The position numbers were made by a program, and so were the translations under genes. Shown in pieces: positions 42,578-48,643 of a stretch of DNA of 48,643 nt. The DNA lies in the NCBI GenBank assembly GCA_964517075.1, contig CAZFAT010000062.1:1-48643 (forward strand), in the 5' to 3' direction. This DNA comes from an uncultured Solibacteraceae bacterium (GTDB lineage Bacteria; Acidobacteriota; Vicinamibacteria; Vicinamibacterales; SCN-69-37). Every line of letters begins with the position of its first letter. The first letter of the stretch is position 1. Under the pieces are notes generated by a model. It searched no databases and was not told the DNA's origin. It worked only from the letters and a program-made list of their open reading frames with translations.

Positions 42578-44388
42578 CGCGAAGCCCCTCAGGCCACAAT
42601 AACGCCGTGACCGATGCCGGCTCCATCGACGCGGAGTACCGCCGGCGGCTCGAGGCCCGTCGCGCGGCCCTGGCCACCGAGGAGCGCACGCACGCGCGCT
42701 TCAGTTACGTGCGCCTGCTCATTGCCGCGAGTGTGCCCGTATTACTCGCCCTGCTGGGCTGGACTCCGTGGCTGTTCGTCCCTCCCCTGGCATTTGCCGT
42801 CGTGGCGCTGCTGCACGGCCGGCTGCTGAACGCGCGGGATCGAACGGCATCCGCCGTCGCCCATTACGAACGCGGACTCGCCAGGCTGGCGAATGACTGG
42901 ATCGGCCGCGGCCGGCCCGGGGAGGCGTTCCTTCCGGCCGACCATCTCTACGCCGCCGACCTGGACCTGTTCGGACGAGGCAGCCTCTTCGAATTGCTGG
43001 CCACGATGCGTACGCAGATGGGCGAGGAGATCCTGGCGCGCTGGCTGCTCGAGCCGGCGCCGCCTGATGTCATCCGCCAGCGGCAGGCGGCCGTCGCCGA
43101 GTTGGTGCCGCGAATCGACCTGCGCGAGACCGTGGCGGTGATGGGTGATCCCCTCCGCGTGAGCGTGGACGCCAGCCTGCTTCGACGGTGGGCCACTTCA
43201 CGCATCGTCCTCAGCAGCACCGTCGCGCGCCCGATGCTCGCGCTGCTGAGCGCGGCCACGATCGGCGCGCTCGTGACGTGGGTATCGACGGGAGCGTGGG
43301 GCGGCGTGGCGGCCGCACTCATCCTCGTCCAGTCGCTCGTCGCCCAGGCGCTCAAGCCCCACGTCCTCGCTGTGATTGACGCCGTCGACGCGCCCGCGCA
43401 CGACCTGGATCTCGTGGCCGAACTGCTCGCCCTCGTTGAGCGCGAGTCATTCGCGAGTCCGTGCCTGACCGACCTGCAAACCACCATAGCCACAACCGGC
43501 CGGACCGCGTCGGCAGAGATCAACCGCCTCTCGAAGCTCGTCGCCATGCTGGCGTCACGGCGCAACGTGATGTTCGCGGTACCGGCGGCCCTGATGCTCT
43601 GGGCGACGCAGTGGGCGTTCGCGATCGAAGCCTGGCGCCGCCGCTCCGGGCCGCACGTGCCCCGGTGGCTCGACGCCATCGGCGAGTTCGAGGCGCTCGT
43701 CGCGCTCGCAACCTTCGCCGCCGAGCACCCGACCTACGTGTTTCCGGCGCTGACCGACGGGCCGGCCATGGTCGCCGCCACCGCGCTGGCGCATCCCGTG
43801 CTGCCGTCCACCGCCGTGACGAACGACGTGGCTCTGCACAGCAGCGGGATGGCGCTGCTCGTCGTCAGCGGATCCAACATGTCAGGCAAGAGCACGCTCC
43901 TCCGCACACTCGGCGTGAGCGTCGTTCTCGCACAAATGGGAGCGCCGGTGCGCGCGACGGCGTTCCGGCTGACGCCGCTGGCGGTCGGCGCGGCCATCCG
44001 CGTGCAGGATTCACTGACCGATGGCCGGTCACGGTTCTTCGCCGAGATCACCCGCCTGAAACAGATCGTCGATCTCGCCACCCGCTGCCAGGGCGGCGTG
44101 CTGTTCCTGCTCGACGAGATTCTGGCCGGCACGAACTCCCACGATCGCCGGCTGGGCGCCGAGGCGGTGCTCGCGGGCCTGATTGACCTTGGCGCCATCG
44201 GCCTCGCCACCACGCACGACCTGGCGCTCGGCGAGATTGCCACACGCCTGGCGGGCCGTGCGGAGAACGTTCACTTCGTCGATCACCTGGCGGATGGCGT
44301 GCTCACGTTCGACTATCGGCTCCGCGCCGGTATCGTGCAAAGCAGCAACGCGCTGGCACTGATGCGGTCGATCGGATTGAAGGTGTGA
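42556..44388 (+). CDS. membrane-anchored MutS-related ATPase (MutS domain V only)
   Basis: N-terminal hydrophobic helices (VRLLIAASVPVLLALLGWTPWLFVPPLAFAVVALL and LALLSAATIGALVTWVSTGAWGGVAAALILV). C-terminal MutS ABC-ATPase domain (SGSNMSGKSTLLRTLG Walker A, LFLLDEILAGTN Walker B, ATTHD). No mismatch-binding domain. The start is uncertain (GTG 42514, ATG 42556 or GTG 42607) because element G covers the 5' end. Confidence 0.75.
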   Translation: MTQNSELPRSPSGHNNAVTDAGSIDAEYRRRLEARRAALATEERTHARFSYVRLLIAASVPVLLALLGWTPWLFVPPLAFAVVALLHGRLLNARDRTASAVAHYERGLARLANDWIGRGRPGEAFLPADHLYAADLDLFGRGSLFELLATMRTQMGEEILARWLLEPAPPDVIRQRQAAVAELVPRIDLRETVAVMGDPLRVSVDASLLRRWATSRIVLSSTVARPMLALLSAATIGALVTWVSTGAWGGVAAALILVQSLVAQALKPHVLAVIDAVDAPAHDLDLVAELLALVERESFASPCLTDLQTTIATTGRTASAEINRLSKLVAMLASRRNVMFAVPAALMLWATQWAFAIEAWRRRSGPHVPRWLDAIGEFEALVALATFAAEHPTYVFPALTDGPAMVAATALAHPVLPSTAVTNDVALHSSGMALLVVSGSNMSGKSTLLRTLGVSVVLAQMGAPVRATAFRLTPLAVGAAIRVQDSLTDGRSRFFAEITRLKQIVDLATRCQGGVLFLLDEILAGTNSHDRRLGAEAVLAGLIDLGAIGLATTHDLALGEIATRLAGRAENVHFVDHLADGVLTFDYRLRAGIVQSSNALALMRSIGLKV

Positions 44389-44395
44389 GGGATTC

Positions 44396-45943
44396 CTACC
44401 GCGTGTCCTCGAACCGGTCTGCGGCCGCGTTCCACACGAACGAACATCCGGGCGCAGCGTCGGGCCGCACGATGACGCCGAGCGGAGCAAAGGCTTCGGC
44501 CGTGCCGTTGCGAAAGAGGTAGGCGCCCGCCACGTGGTCCGGCAGGCCCGTCAGACTCACGATGCCGCACCCGCGGATGCCGCCGTGCACGCTCGCGGCG
44601 GCGAGGATGCGATCGCGCCCGGCCGCGGCCGCCACCCAGGGTTCGAGATGCGCGCGGACACCGGCCGCTGAACCAGCCGCCAACACCGCCCCGGCCGCCG
44701 CGCCGATGACGCGGACCCTGACCGGCAGGCCGGCCGCCAGTCCTGCAATCAACGCGGCCCAGGCCGGCGCCGCCAGGTAGAGGTACCGCGCCCCCTGCAG
44801 GTCCGGCGCAATGAAGAGCATCGGCGCGACGGGGAGCACGGAGATCAGCACCCAGCCCGCGGCGCCTGCTGCGAACCGCGGGCGCATTTCCCCAGTCGTG
44901 ACGAAGAAGACGCTCAGCAGGCTGATGACGACCAACGCCGCCACAATCGCCGCCCAGGGCGCCGCGGCCAACCAGTTCTCGTGCCATGGCACGGCGAGAC
45001 TGCCGTAACTCTCGAACACCACGCGCTGCGCCAGGTAGCGGCTCATCGCCGGCGCGTCGGCCCCGAACGCACCGAGTAGACGAGCGCCGGCGAAGACCGC
45101 GGCGAGACCAGTGACCAGAGCCAGATCCCGCAGGAGAGCCGGCCGGATTGCACGACGGACCCAGGCATCGATGAGCACGAGCACGCCGGCGACAACGGCC
45201 GTCTCCTTGGCCGCCATGGCGAGGATCGCGGTGAGGAGAAAGGCCGCCCGCGCCGCCCGCGTGGGTGCCCGGTCCCAGGCACGGGCGAACGTCACGGCCA
45301 GCAGGACGAGCAGCGTGGCCGACACGTCGAAGATTCCTGATGCCCACGCCACCGCCTCAACCGCCAGCGGCGCCGCCAGCATCAGCCCTCCAGCCAGGAC
45401 GGGCCAGCGGCCCGGCATCCAGCCTTCCGCAAGCTTCATCGTCAGAAAGGCGTTGACGCCGTGCAGCACGACGTTGAGGGCGTGCCATACGGCGGGCGGT
45501 GCCTGCAGGGCGCTGAGCATTGCCCAGACGACGAGCGGCAGCGGACGAAAGAGCATGGGTGTGACCTCGCCGATCTCCCAGCGTGTGGCGCGCGCCAGCA
45601 ACCCGAAATCATCCGACAGAAAGCCGATGGTCAACACCGGCCAGTACAACGCGAGACTGCCGGCGACACACAGGAGGAGCGCCCATACGGGAGTCGAGCG
45701 GGCAGACCGGCTGGCATTCGTCCCGCACGGCCCGGCTGACAAGCGGAACACGAGGCCGGCCACGACGAACAGGGTGACCGCAGCCTCAACGTGATACCGG
45801 CGAGTGGCGCCGTCGAGCAGGTAGTCGACGACCAGGAACGCCGCGCGCGTGCCGAGCATGACAACGACAAGAGCGCCGGCGACGCGCCAGCGCGATCGAA
45901 CGTTCGGCGTCCATCGGGCCGACCTCGAGGTCGGTCCCTCCAT
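44396..45943 (-). CDS. polytopic membrane protein, GT-C/PMT_2-like (putative glycosyltransferase)
   Basis: 515 aa, at least 10 TM segments. The first-loop acidic motif IGFLSDDFGLL resembles the DD/DE motif of TMTC/PMT-type GT-C enzymes. The start abuts the stop of the upstream VOC gene (TAG then ATG). Confidence 0.6.
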   Translation of the reverse strand: MEGPTSRSARWTPNVRSRWRVAGALVVVMLGTRAAFLVVDYLLDGATRRYHVEAAVTLFVVAGLVFRLSAGPCGTNASRSARSTPVWALLLCVAGSLALYWPVLTIGFLSDDFGLLARATRWEIGEVTPMLFRPLPLVVWAMLSALQAPPAVWHALNVVLHGVNAFLTMKLAEGWMPGRWPVLAGGLMLAAPLAVEAVAWASGIFDVSATLLVLLAVTFARAWDRAPTRAARAAFLLTAILAMAAKETAVVAGVLVLIDAWVRRAIRPALLRDLALVTGLAAVFAGARLLGAFGADAPAMSRYLAQRVVFESYGSLAVPWHENWLAAAPWAAIVAALVVISLLSVFFVTTGEMRPRFAAGAAGWVLISVLPVAPMLFIAPDLQGARYLYLAAPAWAALIAGLAAGLPVRVRVIGAAAGAVLAAGSAAGVRAHLEPWVAAAAGRDRILAAASVHGGIRGCGIVSLTGLPDHVAGAYLFRNGTAEAFAPLGVIVRPDAAPGCSFVWNAAADRFEDTR

Positions 45944-46831
45944 CTACGGCTCCTGCGCCACGAGCCGCACGCGCGTGCCCCAGGGATCGGCGACCGTCCA
46001 TGCCGTGTCGCGTCCGCTGGGCGTGTGCCCCGCGGCGGCCAGGCTGCCGACGGCCGCCGCCAGGTCCTCGAGGGTCGGGAGGACGAGGTCCCAGGTCAGC
46101 AGGCGCGCCTGATCGTCGGTGGCTGGAGGGCCCGGCGACCAGGTGTTCGTGCCCAGATGGTGATGGTAGCCGCCTGCCGAGAAGAACAGCGCGCCCGGAT
46201 AACCCCACACGACTTTGTCGAAGCCGAGCGCCTGGTGATAGAACCGCGCCGCCTCGTCCAGATTGCCGACGTGAAGATGCACGTGACCCATCACCGTGCC
46301 AGCGGGTGCTCCGGTCCATCGTTCGCCGGCCGCGGCGTCGAGGAGACTCCCGATGTGCAGCGGAGCCGTGGTCATGAACAGTTGCCCGTCCTCCTGGACG
46401 CGCCACGTGTACGGCGAACGGTCCGCGTAGACCTCGATGCCCAGGCCGTCCGGATCCGTCAGGTAGACGCTCTCGCTGACGGCGTGATCGGCGGTCCCCA
46501 CGGCGATGCCCGCCGTCTGCAGGTGGCCGAGGAACCGGCCCAGTGCCGGGCGATCGGGCAGCAGGATGGCGAAATGATAGAGGCCCAGCGCGCCGCGGCG
46601 CGGCGTGTGGCGCAGGCCGGGCCGCGCCTCGAGCCGGACGAGCACCCGATCGTCGTCGTGCGGGCCCAGCGCCGCGCTGGACCTCGCGCGCTCGATCACG
46701 CGCAGGCCGAGCACGCGCTCGTAGTAGCCAATGGAGTGATCCAGGTCCGCGATCTGCAGGACGACGGGCCCCGGATGGGTCGCGGCGGGGAGTCGATACC
46801 CCGGCGGGAGGATGCCAAAGGTCTCACTCAT
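45944..46831 (-). CDS. two-domain VOC (glyoxalase / extradiol dioxygenase-like) family protein
   Basis: 295 aa with a duplicated beta-alpha-beta-beta-beta module (VVLQIADLDHSIGYYERVLGL and HVHLHVGNLDEAARFYHQALGF) and GYHHHLG. Confidence 0.8.
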   Translation of the reverse strand: MSETFGILPPGYRLPAATHPGPVVLQIADLDHSIGYYERVLGLRVIERARSSAALGPHDDDRVLVRLEARPGLRHTPRRGALGLYHFAILLPDRPALGRFLGHLQTAGIAVGTADHAVSESVYLTDPDGLGIEVYADRSPYTWRVQEDGQLFMTTAPLHIGSLLDAAAGERWTGAPAGTVMGHVHLHVGNLDEAARFYHQALGFDKVVWGYPGALFFSAGGYHHHLGTNTWSPGPPATDDQARLLTWDLVLPTLEDLAAAVGSLAAAGHTPSGRDTAWTVADPWGTRVRLVAQEP

Positions 46832-47001
46832 GAACGAACCGAGCCTATCCCGCGCGGCAAGGGCGCGTCCATGTTCCCGGTCCGCCCTCGTGGTCGCGTC
46901 CCGCCCCCCCGTCGTGAAACAATGGCGTTCACCCGACCCACAGGCCCCTCCCCTGCCTGTCTGATCGACCCCGGGCTCGCGCCCGGGTCGCCGGATTGCG
47001 C

Positions 47002-48012
47002 ATGAAGACCAAAGTGCTCAAGTTCATGCAGGCGACGGGCGCGTTCGCGCCGTTTCGCTTCGCCCACCGCGGCAAGGCCCTGGTGCTGATGTACCACCGC
47101 TTCAGCCTCGGCGAGAACGGCCCGGGGCTCCCCGTCCGCGTCTTCCGCGAGCAGCTTGAGTACCTGACGACGCACTACCAGGTCGTGCCGCTGTCCTACC
47201 TGGCCATGCTCCTCGCCTCGGGCCGGCCCGTGCCCCCCCGCACCGCGGTCATCACCATCGACGACGCCTACCGCGACGCGTATGGGGTGGCGTTTCCACT
47301 GCTCCGCGCACGGCGGATTCCCGCGACGGTCTTCGTCGTCACCGGGTTCACCGACCGGACGGCCTGGATCTGGACCGACAAGCTGCGCTACCTCGTCGCG
47401 CAGGCGTCGGCCGACGCGCTCCAGGCTTCGATGGCGGGCGCGCCGGCCGAATGGGGAGCGGGCGGGCATCGGTCACGCGCAGACCTGACGGCGGTCTTCA
47501 ACACCGGGATGAAGGCGCTCGAGGATCACGCCAAGGACGAAGCGATCGCCGGGATTGCGCGCCGGCTGGGCCTGACCGTGCCGGACGCGCCTCCCGAAGA
47601 GTTCGCGCCAATCGACTGGGACCAGGCCCGCGAGATGGACCAGTCGGGAGTCGAGATCGGCTCGCACACGATCACCCATCCCATCCTGACGAACGTGGAC
47701 GCTGGACGGCTGGAGCGCGAGCTCAGCGGGTCCCGCGCGCGGATCGAGGATGAGCTTGGCCGGCGGGTCGACCTGTTCTGCTACCCGAACGGCAGCCTGA
47801 ACGCCAAGGTGCGGCAGGCGGTCCGGCGCGCCGGGTACATGTGCGCGGTGACCAGCGCTCCGGGGTTCAACGGCGATCGCAGCGACGTGTTCGCACTGCG
47901 GCGAATCAGCACGGAACCCGACCTGCCGCGCTTCATCCAAAGCACGAGCGGCTTCGAGCACGTCAAGATCCGGATGCTGTACGGGGCCGCGGCGGTCCAG
48001 CGGCACGCGTAG
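47002..48012 (+). CDS. polysaccharide deacetylase (NodB homology, CE4) family protein
   Basis: VITIDDAYRD (the DD metal/catalytic motif), ATVFV, IGSHTITHP and FCYPNG. I prefer the ATG at 47002 over the TTG at 46996. Confidence 0.85.
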   Translation: MKTKVLKFMQATGAFAPFRFAHRGKALVLMYHRFSLGENGPGLPVRVFREQLEYLTTHYQVVPLSYLAMLLASGRPVPPRTAVITIDDAYRDAYGVAFPLLRARRIPATVFVVTGFTDRTAWIWTDKLRYLVAQASADALQASMAGAPAEWGAGGHRSRADLTAVFNTGMKALEDHAKDEAIAGIARRLGLTVPDAPPEEFAPIDWDQAREMDQSGVEIGSHTITHPILTNVDAGRLERELSGSRARIEDELGRRVDLFCYPNGSLNAKVRQAVRRAGYMCAVTSAPGFNGDRSDVFALRRISTEPDLPRFIQSTSGFEHVKIRMLYGAAAVQRHA

Positions 48013-48033
48013 GTGGATGGGGACCGCCTGGGC

Positions 48034-48055
48034 CCGCGGGGCTGAAGCCCCGCGG
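48034..48055. terminator. GC-rich hairpin between convergent genes
   Basis: 9-bp stem CCGCGGGGC / GCCCCGCGG with a TGAA loop, 22 nt after the deacetylase TAG. No U-tract on either strand. Confidence 0.4.
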
Positions 48056-48643
48056 CGACGAGCCCGCGGCGACGGACGGTTCCGCGTCGCGCTGGCGAGC
48101 GCCAGCTGCTTCACGGCCCTCAGGTCGGTCTTGCCGGTGCCCAGCGTGGGAATCGCGTCGATGCGCAGCAGGTTGTCGCGCCGGGGAATCCACAGCCGCG
48201 GCAGATCGCTCCGGCACAGCCGTTCCCACCGGGTTTCAGGTCGCACGTCCTGACGGGCGTAGAAGGCGACGAGCCGCTCGCCCCTGGCCGCGTCGGGACG
48301 GCGGTGACGACCGAGCAGGCGTGCCCGAGGATGTCATTGATGGCCTCCTCGATCCGTGCGTGCGGCACCATCTCGCCGCGCAGGTCCTCGAGGAACACCA
48401 CGAACCGCCGCAAGATCTCCTGCTGCTCGCGCGCGGGCACCCGCGCGTTCGCTGGATCGCTCGCGCCCGGCCGGCCCAGCGCCGGCGACGGCCGGGCCGT
48501 CGGCGTGGTCGACGAGTGCGACGCGATCCCGCCGCGCGTCCGCGCGGGCCGCGGCCTCGTCGAGCCACGTGCGCACGACGGAGGGCGTCACGGCCAGCGC
48601 GACCCACTCGCGCCCCTCCATCCGGCTCAGCACGGTCACCGGC
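48056..48643 (-). pseudogene. 3' portion of an Aas-like AMP-dependent acyl ligase, apparently frameshifted and lacking a normal stop
   Basis: Two minus-strand frames together give an AMP-binding C-terminal domain. One reads ...GEMVPHARIEEAINDILGHACSVVTAVP (track ORF 48120-48440). After a -1 shift near the GGG run at 48294-48296, the other reads DAARGERLVAFYARQDVRPETRWERLCRSDLPRLWIPRRDNLLRIDAIPTLGTGKTDLRAVKQLA (track ORF 47473-48246). Upstream of about 48440 no single frame looks coherent. The 5' and 3' limits are uncertain. Confidence 0.45.

Noticed and set aside
47473-48012. C-terminal continuation of the 257-aa minus-strand ORF through the deacetylase gene
   Set aside because: It is antisense to a well-supported CE4 deacetylase and lies beyond the conserved end of the AMP-binding domain. 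I interpret it as read-through of a degraded gene rather than real coding sequence.

Overview
High-GC (roughly 68-70% by eye) bacterial chromosomal window. I recognise no rRNA, tRNA, CRISPR, transposase or phage genes. I call 36 protein-coding genes plus one apparently frameshifted gene fragment. The many other long ORFs in the track are antisense or out-of-frame shadows typical of high-GC DNA. Content from left to right: a creatininase-family + Tm-1-like (UPF0261) pair; a xylose-isomerase-like TIM barrel and a secreted DUF1080 protein; the lutABC lactate-utilisation operon, followed 11 nt later by a 972-aa secreted propeller/HEAT/cytochrome-c protein; a fused CysO/MoaD-like ubiquitin-fold + MoeZ-type E1 + rhodanese gene, preceded by a leader containing an intrinsic terminator; pheA; an ilvD-ilvB-ilvN-ilvC-serA array; a peroxiredoxin-aquaporin pair; a UPF0182 membrane protein; clpS-clpA; grpE. 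An ~11 kb minus-strand array follows: LolA-like protein, Omp85-family barrel, speA, two tandem paralogous GT-C glycosyltransferases, a third polytopic protein with a discoidin-like C-terminus, and a GT2 polyprenyl-phosphate sugar synthase. The window ends with a Tat-exported PhoX/DUF839 protein; a dienelactone hydrolase; a divergent pair (a diverged DAC/DisA_N-fold protein and a membrane-anchored MutS-domain-V ATPase); another GT-C-like membrane protein; a VOC-fold protein; a polysaccharide deacetylase; and the degraded 3' end of an Aas-like acyl ligase. The most unusual signal is non-coding. At least seven intergenic gaps are filled by low-GC tracts with ~7-nt periodicity, placed immediately after stop codons. 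Most of them fold into long hairpins in which the G+T-rich arm is always 5' of the A+C-rich arm. The taxonomic guess (Acidobacteriota-like soil diderm) is inference only.
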